DNA from: Blepharisma stoltei ATCC 30299 | Taxonomy: Eukaryota; Protista; Ciliophora | Direction: 5' to 3' | Length of the DNA: 64,000 nucleotides | Assembly: GCA_965603825.1 (NCBI GenBank) | Contig: CBFDEM010000062.1 | Coordinates: forward strand, 806,001-870,000 | Shown: positions 10,535 through 22,100 of the stretch, piece after piece | Layout of the letters: each line of letters begins with the position of its first letter | Numbering within the stretch: position 1 is the first letter of the stretch | Notes under the pieces: model-generated | Told to the model about the DNA's origin: nothing | The model's database searches: none | What the model saw: the letters and a program-made list of their open reading frames with translations, nothing else | Position numbers and translations under genes: made by a program

Positions 10535-11314
10535 ATGCTAATAAAAATCTCAAGAAGACTATTTTCAGCCTCAAAGCTCAATACTGAAATCAATGAATTT
10601 TTCAAGGATTTTGACAAAGTAAAAAACCAATACACCCCAAAGCCAAAAATCGCAGCTCCTCCATCTGAATGAAATGAAAATCTAAAAGAAGATTGGGATG
10701 AATATTTAGAAAGCTGGCATGAGGAAAATCCCTTTAAGCCTAAACCACTCAGATATGAAATTGATGGTCAAGATCCTCACTATGAGTACCCAGTTCCAAA
10801 AGAACGAGATTTTCCTCCAATCCCAGACGCCCCTAGCTTAAAGCATAAAATTTTGCTTCCTCAATTATTTTACCTCCAAAATCCTGAAACTATAGCTATA
10901 GAGCTGATTGGAAAAGTAATCGAGCATCAGTCAAATGCTGGCACTATCTCTGGAATAATTACATGCACTCAGGTATCCAAAACCTATCAACCTGAAGTAG
11001 AAAAACTAGGAATTCTTGGGATGACCCGCAATAAAAAGATCTTATATATATTTGCAGAAGACGATGAAGGTGAAGAATTCTGTATTTATGTATCTTCAGT
11101 CAAATTAATAGATGATAATTTTGGGGAAAATGAAAGTGTTACAGGTGCTTTAAAAATAAAGTCATATCATTATAAAAAGACATCAATTTTATATGATGCA
11201 AATTCTCCAATCAGAATATATGATGAAGGATATAAACCTGCTGAAGTGAAAAATGAATATTATGCAGCTACATTCATTTATAAATTTTACTGTGATGAAT
11301 TTTTTAAAAAATAA
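10535..11314 (+). CDS. Putative mitochondrial protein with a degenerate 3-methyladenine DNA glycosylase (AAG/MPG)-like domain, 259 aa
   Basis: ATG 10535 is in frame with the track ORF 10853 through one TGA=Trp. N-terminus MLIKISRRLFSASK resembles a mitochondrial presequence. LPQLFYLQNPETIAIELIGKVIEH...SGIITCTQ resembles the MPG N-terminal LPxxFF...VAxxLLGKxL...SGxIVETEAY. Confidence 0.6.
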
Positions 11315-12096
11315 ATAAGCTTTGTAGGAAAAAAATTGAATTATGTTAATTTAAAACAATTTTAGTAACGTTAAAGCCGCTGAAATGGCTTTATCTTTTC
11401 TGTGCATTAAATAAATATTATGATAGAGAAATTCAAGGCAAAAGTAATAATTTATTTTAATTTACAATTCTCTGTAATCAACTCTTATTACAGTTTTTAT
11501 TAAAATTAGAGATCATTAGATTATTTTTATTTTTGTTCGAAAAATATAAGAGATTATTCATTGTTGATATGACTAAGTTATTTATTAATTTTAGCATATT
11601 TTATGTATTCATTGCGTAGATATTAAATGCTGGTGAAGATTTATATCAGGCTAAATGAATAGACTCGCGTTTTTGCTCTATTTATATTTTTTATGAATAT
11701 TCTTAGCAGTTACTTGCTTTATCCTTTATAAAACTCAACCAAAAGCATAAATATATTATGATAAACAAATAATTTTTAAACAAATTTATTTAATTTAATA
11801 AATTAAAATTTTACTTTTTTTTTTCTTATTGGCAGTAAAATCTCCAAAAAATTTACTCGCTTTGTCTTGCAGTGAATCCTCTCAAATAAAAACTTAGATT
11901 CAATAGAAAAATCGTGAATATAATTTTATGGTTAATTACGATTCGGAATATTTCCTCTATTGTCTAAGCCAAAATAAAAAAAAATTAAACATTTCCTAAA
12001 TTCCAAAAAATATCCTGGTATATAAATTCTCATCCTTAATTAAATGTTTTGAAATGGTATTTTTACCAAGTAATTACCTGTGATTAACATAAAAAT

Positions 12097-13107
12097 ATGA
12101 TAAATTGGATTTATCTAATAAATATAATGAACTTTAATTTAATCTCCAAAAAAGAAAGCAAAAATCAGATCAAAATAAGCAAGATAATAGACTCTGATGA
12201 GTCAACCCCATCTGCGATAAATTCAAGCTGTTCTCCAATGAATTTAAGTTGCAATACTTGCTTAAAAAAAATGGGCTATAAAAAGCCAAAACTAGCAAAT
12301 TTAGATAAAAATATCAGAAAAGTTCGACATTTTACGTTTTCAAAGGAGTTTACACCTATACTTGACTACCAAAATTCCCATGAAAAATTTTGGGATGCGT
12401 CACCAGTTCGCATCCAAAACCCAAAGTCATTTTCAAGCGCTGCCTATCCAATTTATATCAATTCGGACAATGAACCATTGTCCTCAAATTTAGTTTGCAA
12501 AAGCAACACCACTACAAAAATTGAAGATTTTTCGAATAGAAAAATATATGAAAAATTGAGCCAAATTGATAAAAATGGAAAAAACTTTACAGTTTATAGT
12601 GAAATTTTTAATTTAGTTATAAAAAAAGATAAAGAATTTGGGCTTCTTTTGACAAAAATTAAAGATGTCTATGATTCCATCATTATTAATCAAGAAAATG
12701 AAAAACTAAAACAAAAGCAAGTTGAAGAAAACAAAGAAAAAAATTTATCAAATGAATATCAACTAATTGAAGAAACAATTAAAGACCTCGAAAATGATAA
12801 AATCAATCTCCAAAGCAAGCTAGAATCAAAAGAACTAGAAATTAAAAATTTACTTCACCAATGCACAATAATTCCAACCCTCCTTAACGAAAACCAGCAC
12901 CTAAAATCCCGTCTTTCTGACCTCGAAAAGCACACTCACTTCCCCAGCATCAGCACAAATGAGTCCTTCCACCTTTCCAAGTCTATTCACGAGAAGCCAT
13001 CTTTTACCCGTAAAAGCTCCTCAAAAACTCAATTTCCAGTCCTCAATAAAAAATCTACCTACCTCAAGCTGCCCAACTTAGAATCCCAAACGAAAATTTC
13101 TATATAA
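12097..13107 (+). CDS. Hypothetical coiled-coil protein (central segment loosely TSNAXIP1-N-like); true start may be 12127
   Basis: 336-aa ORF with a helical segment FTVYSEIFNLVIKKDKEFGLLLTKIKDVYD followed by a K/E-rich coiled coil. Confidence 0.65.
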   Translation: MINWIYLINIMNFNLISKKESKNQIKISKIIDSDESTPSAINSSCSPMNLSCNTCLKKMGYKKPKLANLDKNIRKVRHFTFSKEFTPILDYQNSHEKFWDASPVRIQNPKSFSSAAYPIYINSDNEPLSSNLVCKSNTTTKIEDFSNRKIYEKLSQIDKNGKNFTVYSEIFNLVIKKDKEFGLLLTKIKDVYDSIIINQENEKLKQKQVEENKEKNLSNEYQLIEETIKDLENDKINLQSKLESKELEIKNLLHQCTIIPTLLNENQHLKSRLSDLEKHTHFPSISTNESFHLSKSIHEKPSFTRKSSSKTQFPVLNKKSTYLKLPNLESQTKISI

Positions 13108-13122
13108 TAAATAAATTATCTT

Positions 13123-13467
13123 TTAAAGAGCAATAGCGAATACGTTAATTATGCAATGCATGGTAGCATTTTCCCATTTAACCACAATAAATCCGTCAAG
13201 TGAAGGGTTCCACAGGCAGGTGGAATTTATATGAAGCGAGCTTGAATTTTTCCTTGTGATCACACAGGTCGCACAAAACTTAAAACCTTTGTTAAACTCG
13301 TGAAGATTTCTAATAATAGATTGCGGGATATTGCTGCACCATGATTCGACTTTGTCTTCTTGGTAAGGGACTTCTGCTAAGGATTCGTCGACGAGTCTGT
13401 TGACGAGTCTTTCAGCTTCTTCTTTCTATATAAAAATTACAAGCTGGGCAAATGGTATACGGCTCAT
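13123..13467 (-). CDS. Tctex-1 family dynein light chain, 109 aa, one 15-nt intron
   Basis: Exons 13467-13441 and 13425-13123 give MSRIPFAQL|KEEAERLVNRLVDESLAEVPYQEDKVESWCSNI...FKFCATCVITRKNSSSLHINSTCLWNPSLDGFIVVKWENATMHCIINVFAIAL, with typical Tctex-1 motifs (FK..TCVI, S.CLW...DG....WEN..M.CI..VF). Absent from the ORF track. Confidence 0.93.
13426..13440 (-). other. 15-nt spliceosomal intron (GTAATTTTTATATAG)
   Basis: GT-AG, contains an in-frame TAG; removal joins the ATG exon to the Tctex-1 frame. Confidence 0.9.
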
Positions 13468-13506
13468 TTACTTAGATATTATAAATTATTAAATAACGAA
13501 TAATAA

Positions 13507-13926
13507 TTATTTTGAGGATTGCGATTTCTTTAATTTTTCTCTGTGCTCTACAGCTCTTAGAGTCTCATGCTTAAAATAAGGAAAATAGAAACTATGCATC
13601 GCCAATTTTTGATGATAAAGCCTCATTTTCGCCCCAACTTCTGTATCAGTGTCTGCAACTGCAAAAGTATCTCTGGAAAACTGTACACAGGCATGCAAAA
13701 TTCCTCCAATCCCAACACTTATCATAAAAATCGGCTTCACAGGGTGTGTTGGGTTGTATATCCCAAATCCAGCCCACACAATAAAAGGCCCTACAAGGCC
13801 TAAATATAGTGACTTTCTGGTCTTGCTAAAATATTCTTTAAAAAAGTTGTCCCATACAAGCTTATGAATTTTTCTTGCGATTTCGTTTGGGTCTTCTTTA
13901 TCTTCAAAAATATCCTTTTTGTTCAT
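13507..13926 (-). CDS. Hypothetical small membrane protein, about 2 TM segments, 139 aa
   Basis: First in-frame ATG at 13926 (MNKKDIFED). Hydrophobic stretches LYLGLVGPFIVWAGFGIY and IFMISVGIGGILHACVQF. Confidence 0.7.
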   Translation of the reverse strand: MNKKDIFEDKEDPNEIARKIHKLVWDNFFKEYFSKTRKSLYLGLVGPFIVWAGFGIYNPTHPVKPIFMISVGIGGILHACVQFSRDTFAVADTDTEVGAKMRLYHQKLAMHSFYFPYFKHETLRAVEHREKLKKSQSSK

Positions 13927-13933
13927 TAATATT

Positions 13934-14641
13934 ATGAGAGGTTTAATATCTTTCGTCAACACAGTCGTAGGAGGCAAAGAAGAAGCCAAAGAAGGCCATT
14001 TGCTTCTCCCATGGGAAGACTACAAAGAAAAAGCCAAAGAGCTCAATATAAAAGGCAGCATTACTGACGTCCTAAAAGACGCGATTTTAGAAATTTCTAA
14101 TAATGAGAAAAATCTTCTGATATTTCGGAGCAACAAAGAGACCAGCTTTTTTGAGTTTAATTTAGACGAAAAAATTGAGGTAATTACTGAGGTGTTGAAA
14201 GTTGATACAAATTTAAGAGAATTGTTCAGAAATTTAGTCCCAAGGTGCACATCAGAAGAGCTGTTTTGGAAAAGCTACTTTTATAATGTAGAAAGGGTCA
14301 AGGAAGAAATTTTGAATAAATTTTCAGGGAAAAAAGGAGACACTGAGCTTGATGATGTACATAAGGAGTTGATGGATGAGTTAGAAAAAGAGCTAAAAGC
14401 TGATATTGAAAAAAAGCCTCTAAGAGCAAGAATTAAAGCAAAAAATGAAGTTCAAGAGCTGAAGGATGAGCTGAGAAAAGCATTGGAAAGGATTGAAAAA
14501 TTAGAAGAAAGAGTTAGAAAGCTGGAAGGGGAGGAGAATAAAATTGAGGTTGAAGAGGAGAAAAAAGAAGAAAAGATCGAAGACATGAAGGACATTGAAG
14601 CAGCATTTTTAATTGAGGATGAAAATTTAGAGCCTGAATAA
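13934..14641 (+). CDS. BSD-domain protein with C-terminal coiled coil, 235 aa
   Basis: First ATG at 13934 (MRGLISF). DTNLRELFRNLVPRCTSEELFWKSYFYNV matches the BSD signature LVPxxxSExxFWxxYF. Confidence 0.85.
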   Translation: MRGLISFVNTVVGGKEEAKEGHLLLPWEDYKEKAKELNIKGSITDVLKDAILEISNNEKNLLIFRSNKETSFFEFNLDEKIEVITEVLKVDTNLRELFRNLVPRCTSEELFWKSYFYNVERVKEEILNKFSGKKGDTELDDVHKELMDELEKELKADIEKKPLRARIKAKNEVQELKDELRKALERIEKLEERVRKLEGEENKIEVEEEKKEEKIEDMKDIEAAFLIEDENLEPE

Positions 14642-14720
14642 GAATTTATTATGAAAATTAAGATTATTTTATAATAAATTAGCTATCTTTTACATGAGAT
14701 TACAAATTTCTCACATTTAG

Positions 14721-14744
14721 ATTATTATTATTATTATTATTATT
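14721..14744. repeat. (ATT)8 microsatellite
   Basis: attattattattattattattatt in the intergenic spacer. Confidence 0.8.
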
Positions 14745-15106
14745 AAACTAACTTTAATTAAATAGGTCTAAATAATTATGACCAAAATTTTGTAATGAAG
14801 CCTCTAGCCCTTAATTACTATCCTTTTACTGTTTTCGTTACAAAATGGCTCTTTATCTTTAGCCTGCTTGATTATTATCGATTTTAAAATTCTAAACTAA
14901 GCTTCCCGAATTATCAGTTACACTTTTATAAGCTTCACTAAAATCCATGATTTTTTCTGTTCCTAAAAATCACAAATTCCTCCTTCTCTTTCTTCCCGTT
15001 TACCCCATTCTTCTTTCCTCCAAAAATATTACTCAAACTTCTCTTGTTTTAAAAGAATTTTAGCATCATTTATAGATATATCACCATATATTAAACTACG
15101 TTCATT

Positions 15107-16102
15107 ATGTTCTCCGAGGTATGCGTTACAGCCCCAAGCAAAAAGAAAATCCTCAAGCTGAATATCAAAAAAATAAACACGACTTGTCCTAAGAAAAAAC
15201 TTCCCAAAAAAATTGAAGAAAAACCATGAAAAGACCAGCAGACCCATGGCGAATTTTTCTCAATTTCTGCTAAAAAAGGCCCATTCCGTCAAAGAATGGA
15301 AGACACTTTCAGCATTTTGCATGACCCTTCAAAACCGTTTATCGGTTTTGGAGTATTTGATGGCCATTCTGGAATCCAAGCTGCAGTGTATGCATCCCAG
15401 CATTTACTCACTAAAATCAGGTCATTTGAAGAAAGCAGCTTAATTCAAGCCTTTCTTGAAACTGACCGCTGCTTTTGTGAGTCAGCGCAAACTTTAAAAG
15501 ATGGAACAACCGCAACTGTAGCTATGATAGAAAATGGCAAAATTTTAGTAGGCAATGTAGGAGACTCAAGGGCAATTTTGATTAGTGAAAGCTCTTGTGA
15601 ATTGCTGACTAAAGACCATGTAGCAAGTGATCTAGAAGAACAAGCCAGGATTGAAAAAGCCGGAGGCTATGTGATACCTGTAGGAAGGATCCCCAGAGTA
15701 CAAGGAACCATGGCTATAACAAGAAGCATTGGGGACCAAGGGTTTAAGCAATTCTTGATAGCAGAACCACATGTGATTCAAAGAGAAATAAAGGAAAGCG
15801 ACTTGTTTTTGGTATTGGCAAGCGATGGGATTTTTAACAACTGGGATATAGATGGGCTTGGAAATTTCTTGAGGGAAAGAAAAGATGTAAAAATTGAGCT
15901 ACTAGCAGAAGCTGTAGCAGAATTCGCAATAAGCAGTGGGAGTAGAGACAATGTCACAGCCATTATCATAGATCTTCAATATTTTAAAAATCCAAGATTA
16001 AAGGCAAGGTTACTTGATATTGATATGGAGTCTGATGAAGAAGACACCACAATGAACATAGAAACAACCCCCAAATTTGTCTCAAAAAAATTCATGTTTT
16101 AA
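15107..16102 (+). CDS. Protein phosphatase 2C (PPM family), 331 aa
   Basis: ATG 15107 is in frame through TGA=Trp at 15227-15229. Motifs RQRMED, GVFDGHSG, GTTA, NVGDSRA, LTKDH, TRSIGD, LASDGI, SRDNVT. Confidence 0.92.
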
Positions 16103-16138
16103 TGCATATAATCTTATAAAATCCTTTTTGTTTAGTAA

Positions 16139-17356
16139 ATGGAAATGGCTGAGAACAAATGAATAGAAATTGCTGTAAAAACTGCAGAGCTAGAGAAATG
16201 GAGAATTGAGAAAGATGTAAAAGTGCTTTCAAAAAGTCTGGAGTTTTTAAAATCAAGGTATTATAGGCTACAAATGTGCCACAATCCAATAAGAAAACCA
16301 ATATTGCTGGCGGAAATTGAGAGTGGAATAGAAGAATATAATAAAGATTTAGTAGCAGAAAAATTATATTGCAGCCAGCATAAGCAAAATGCTGAAGAAA
16401 TCAAAAAAGAATTAGAAGGTTCATATCGTATTGATGCAAAACTATTAGAAAAAATCGAAAATTTAATAGAAAGTTATAGAAGAGTTTTAGATGAAATTGA
16501 GAATTTTAAAGAAAAAAGTGAAGATTTAAACCAAAAATTAGAATCACATACAGAGCCTCCAACAGAATCTCCCAATTTTGATACAAATTTGCTTTACTAT
16601 TTCAAAAAGAACAGCAAAATCATAAATAAAATCGACCTCACAACCCAAGAAAAAAAAGAAATTCCTCTAAATCTCCCAGAAGCTATAAACTCAACAATCT
16701 CTATATGCCATATCCCTGGAAATAAATTATTTTGTTTTGGCAATGCAGGGCGCAAATCCAGATACCCCAAAATTACTTTTTCCCTTGATTCTTCTTTAGC
16801 CATTAAGTATCATGCGAATATATACAAATCGATTTCTGCGTCAGGCTCAATATATCATGAAAATCACGTCTATTCATTTGGTGGTTCAAAATATGGAGAA
16901 AGGTCGGTTGAAAACTCTTATAAATATTCTATAAAGGACGATGTCTGGTTTAAATTGCCTCCAATGCCTCAGCCAGCTGACCATTGTTCATGCACTGCTA
17001 TGGAGCAATATATTTTAGTTATAGGGAATGACCAAATACACCCTTTTTTGTATGACACTGAGCTGAAGTCTTTTTCGACGCTGGATTTAGATTTAAATAC
17101 AGATTTTGTATATGTAACGTTTACTAGAGGGAGAAAAAGCTATATTTTAGAAAGTGATGGGCCAGCTTATGAAAGCGGGATAATGGATATTTTTTCGTGG
17201 AATAAGATGAATATCTCTGTAAATTTCAAGGATAATGCTATATCATATATAGCGTTTTCAGGGGATATAATTAGTTTTGCGACTGAATGCAAGTTTATTT
17301 ATAGATTTAACTTAGGCGAAAGAAAATTCTGAGAAATTAAAACTAAAAACATTTAG
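16139..17356 (+). CDS. Kelch-repeat (beta-propeller) protein with N-terminal coiled coil, 405 aa
   Basis: ATG 16139 is in frame through one TGA; the TGA at 17330 reads as Trp and the frame ends at TAG 17354-17356. Kelch motif VYSFGG...SYKYSIKDDVWFKLPPMP. Confidence 0.8.
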
Positions 17357-17400
17357 GAAAACTCTAAATTCTATATTTATAAGAAATTATATATCTATTT

Positions 17401-18888
17401 TTAAAATAACTTTAACATCATTTCTTTGAATTCCCTCAAATCGATTTCTCCATCTCCGTTTTGATCAACTTGCCCTACCAGATCTCTCCAAACTTCATCA
17501 TTAGAAATCACTTCTCTTCCAAGGATATTCCTAATTTCTTTTGCAGAAATTTTTCCACTATTATCATAATCAAACAGTCTGAACGCATTTTCTAAATTTT
17601 GCTTAGAAAGCAGAGATTCTCTTTTTGCTGAAGCCATAATGAACTCTGAGTAATCAATAAACCCATTCCCATCTACATCGACTTCTTTCATTATCCTTTC
17701 TACTTCTTCCTCAGCTTGGTTTAGTCCCATAGTACTTTGATATTGTGCTAATAGCTCATCTTTGCTAAGTTTTCCGTCACCATTTGCATCAAGAGCTCTA
17801 AAAGCTTGAGAAAGCTGGGAAACTTCATTTTTATTCATAAGCTGTGTAGCTATAAATGTCATGACTGCATGCTGGAGCTTTTTTTCTGCTCGAAATGAGG
17901 TTAAGTTTTCTAAGGCTTCTGCTGTCAAAATTGATGCTTGGTTGGTGGCTTCTGGCATTAAAATCAGCCAGTTGCTTTCTAAGCATTGGGATGCTGAAGG
18001 TCTGTCTTGAGGTTTCATATTTAGCATTGATTTTATGAGGTTTTTTGCATTTACTGAGACACGGTCCCAGGTGGCACCTTTCATTTGGTATACCCCTTTT
18101 TCTACCCTTGATAGGATTTCTGAATCTGTTTCTCCATAAAACGGGGGTTTCCCACTGAGTAAAATATATAAAATTACCCCGCAGCTTCATATATCGCATT
18201 TTTCGTCATAATTTTTTTTTAATACTTCAGGTGCGATGTAATATGAAGTTCCATATCTATGCGTTAATCTTTTAGAATGGTCAATTACTATTGAAGTTCC
18301 GAAATCGATGACTTTTAAAGTTGCAGAAGAGTCTTGTCGGTCTAATAATAGATTTTCAGGTTTTAGGTCTCTGTGTACAATCCCATTTGAATGACAATAA
18401 TTGACTGCACTTAAAATTTGTTTGAAAAAATGTGCAGCAACTGGCTCGGATAAGTTTTTACTTGACACTATATAATCGAATAATTCTCCTCCTTTTACAA
18501 GCTCTGTAACTAAATGAAAATGCAGCTGGTCTTCATAGAATTCATAAAGTCTAACAATGTTAGGATGATCGGCTGTTTTTAGGACTTCTACTTCAGCGAA
18601 GAATTTGTCTTTTACAAGCTGGTCTTCAGAGATGCTGGATTTTTTAATAGTTTTTATTGCTCTTTGCTGTCCTGATATTTTATGTGTCCCCACTCTTACA
18701 GACCCAAATGCCCCTGATCCCAGCTTAGGTCCCATTGTATAGTCTTTTAAAATATCTGTTTCCCTATGGACGACAAATTGTCTGGGTTGGATTTGAAGGT
18801 CCTCAGTACTTGAAACAACTTTTGACTCTTGCGATTTATTTGCTTTAGTAACTGTCCCTTTTCGTGCTGAATTCGAGATGCAACCCAT
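17401..18888 (-). CDS. Calcium-dependent protein kinase (CDPK), 495 aa
   Basis: LGSGAFG, AIK, HRDLKPEN, DFG, YIAPE, then DI[TGA]SCGVILYILLSGKPPF with TGA at 18187-18189 in the invariant Trp position. Four EF-hands (DANGDG, DVDGNG, DYDNSG, DQNGDG). N-terminal MGC acylation motif. Confidence 0.97.
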
Positions 18889-19121
18889 ATTTTTGTGAAT
18901 TTTTGCTAATTATAAATAATTGGTTATTTTGAATTCTTTTAATATTTACCAAGTTTTGAAAATCGCAGATTATAATTAATTATGTTTTTGCAATATTTAC
19001 CTTTTATAATCATTTTTATTTAAATAAATAGCAAAAATCTAGCACATTTATTTACAACGACATTTAAATTACCATTTGAAATAATTTTTAATTATTTTTT
19101 ACCTTGCTATAATATTTTGCC

Positions 19122-22100
19122 TTATTCGTTTACTTTATTTAGCAGATTGCTAAATTTGGCTTTTAATTCCATCAAATTTGTGCTTAGCTGTATAGGCTGG
19201 TTTGAAGCTGACAGGCCATATCGTTGTTTCATCATAGATAAGCGATTTTGAAATTCTTGAATATTTAAGCTTTCATCTGTATGTGACTCTTTTTCTGCAT
19301 TTTTATTTTCCCTCATCTTGTGTAGATCTTCTGTAATTTTATTATAAAGTTCTGGTGAAGCTTGGCTTAAAAAAGCTGCTAAATCTGCTTTTGGATTTTT
19401 TTCGACATGCTCAAAAAGTTCTTTTATTGCTAAATCATAGTCAAGCTCTTCATTTAAGCGAGAAAAGATTGAGCTTAATATAGGGTCTTGTGGAGTCTTC
19501 AATATCTGTGGTGAATTTATCATAATATTTGTGGTATTTTTTGCAAGAAATGAATTAATTCACTTTTCGATATCTTTATCAAGCTTTTCATGGCTTCTTA
19601 TAGCAGAATATGACTCCCAAATTGCTTCTCCTTTCAAATTAACTAGCTCATTAATTATCGTTTTGATAGCTTTTATCACCATTTCATCATTTTTAGCTGC
19701 AGCTTTTGTTTTATTTTCAGTTAAATACTCATGCATCACAATTAAGACCTTATCAATTTCTAATTGAGAAACAAAACTGTTTAAAATTTTGCCTAATTTT
19801 AATAAGCACCTAATTATAATCCCAGGAATTTTTGGTAATTTTGCATCATTTATATATTTCGTTAAAAGCTTTATCAGTACCACAAACACTATTGTCGGCT
19901 TACAATATTCTAGCACCTTCAGCATAGCTCCATTTAGAGTTTTCATCATAATTTCCCCTTCCCGGTTATCCCCTATTTTTTCAAGATTTTCAATGAGCAG
20001 CCTTTTAAATATTTGTTCAGTCACCACAAATAAAAAATTTTCACTGATTTCTTGCATTATTAATTTTGTGCAAAAAACCTTATGAACAACGTTTAAAAAA
20101 TATTTAGCAAAGCGTAAAGGAACGTCTTCTATTGGCCTTTCAAATGTGTTGATAAAGACTTTGGAAATTGCGTCTATTAATAAGTCAGCTTTTTGTTGGA
20201 ATTCTTCTTTATAGGTTTCCAGGTTATTTAAAATCATATCGTTTATCCCGACAAGAGCATCGACACGTGAAGACATGTTTCCGCTGATGAGAGTTTTGAT
20301 GTATTTATCAAGAATTGTGCATGAATTTTGAGGGTCAGAGAGAAGACTTTCATCATTTTTGATGGATAGTGGAGGGGTTGATAAGGCTTCAAACTCAGAA
20401 AATCGATTTTCGTCTCATTTTATGCGGATTGTTTCTTGCTTAGGAGGGTAGTTTTTAGCTATATTTGTAATGGAAGAAAAAGCTGTGGAGGGCTGAGGAG
20501 CTTGAAGCATTGGATACTGAGTAGGGGCTTCAATAGAGATTTGGCTTGAATTTTGACGAGAAATTAGTTCTGAGTTTTGAGGTAAAATTTGGCTTGAATT
20601 TTGACGAGAAATTTGTTCTGAGTTTTGACGTAAAATTTGGCTTGAATTTTGACGTAAAATTTGGCTTGAATTTTGACGTAAAATTTGTTCTGAGTTTTGA
20701 CGTAAAATTTGTTCTGAGTTTTGACGAGAAATTTGCTCTGAGTTTTGACGAGAAATTTGCTCTGAGTTTTGACGAGAAATTTGCTCTGAATTTTGACGAG
20801 AAATTTGCTCTGAATTTTGACGAGAAATTTGCTCCGAAAAATTGTCTAGAATCTGTTCAGGTTGGCTAGAAATTTCTATATTGGGAGCTTGATAAGATTG
20901 GCTAGGATTTGAAAATTCTAATAAGTTTGGAATTTGAATTGAAGCATCAGTTAAGCCCGGAAGCGGAACTAAAGCATCTTCTAAACCCTGAATCTGCATT
21001 AAAGATTCTGTTATGCTTGGTATTTGAATTAAAGAATCTTCTGAGCTTTGAATCGACGTTTCTGTTAGCGAATTGCTTATAACTAAGCTTGGAACCTCCA
21101 CATTTTCTGCAGAAAAACTCTTCAGTAGCCCTTCATTTTCGATTTTATCAATATTTAGTGCATACATGCTCCTCCTTTTATGAGCTAAATCTCTCGGTGA
21201 TTTTACAGGAATTTGCACTTCTTCACTTTGTGACCGCAAAAAACTGTCTTCTTCAGTGTCAACAATAGCCTCATTTAAATCCTCGAATTTAAATATTTTA
21301 TTTCCTCTTGGTGTTACTACTTTACTATGTTCTTCATCTTTTTTTCTTAATTGTGGCTTTAATGCATTTATGCTAGAAATTGAAGGCCCTGAAAGAGACT
21401 TAAACCTTTGCTCTAGTAAGTCTTTAGCTTTATCAGGGATTTCTCCTATTAAGGATCATATCTTGTCACCGATAGTTTTATAGCATTCGCCTATAGTCCC
21501 AACAGCAGAATTTCTGACGTTGTTGTCAGGGCTGTTAACAGATTTAGCAATTGTTTTTATATCTCGAGGCTGCACAAGCCCTGAGCCGAATTCTTGAACT
21601 AGGCTAGTTAATTCGTCTAAGCACTCAACCTTGCTTCTAGCGTTTTTGGAGGATAAGCTTTGCAAGACTATTAAAAATACTTTTTCTGGAGGGTGGATTT
21701 TGGCTGTGCTATGTATAATATTCCTTATCATCTGCCTAAAAATTGCATTATTATGTCCTGATTTTTCGCAAAAAATGGGAAGAAAGAGATATGCTTCTCC
21801 TTCACTTAGCGAATAATTATCCTCTTGTAGAGCATTAATCAGCTGTGCCGCGAACTCAAATAAAGCTTTATAAATTTGTGGATTGTTCCCTTCTGACAGC
21901 TTAAGCCAAATAAATTTAAAAATTAAATCAATCACGTCTTCCATTTCTCTTCTTTGAGAATTCAATAAATTTGACAAAATTTGGATCGATTCAATCTGTT
22001 TTTTGAAGTCTGAAGAGTATAGTAAATTGAATAAATCATTAGAAAATGCTGCCTTCATGTCTGCTTTTAGCTTTTCAACATAATCCTGTCTGAGCTCCTC

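Noticed and set aside
13927-13989. Apparent coding overlap of ORFs 13507-13989 and 13919-14641
   Set aside because: It depends on TTG starts; with ATG starts the CDSs do not overlap.
20546-20869. Plus-strand FDEKF/FDVKF repeat ORF, and a CRISPR-like reading of the repeat
   Set aside because: Antisense shadow of the XMAP215 24-nt repeat; no spacers, and the context is eukaryotic.
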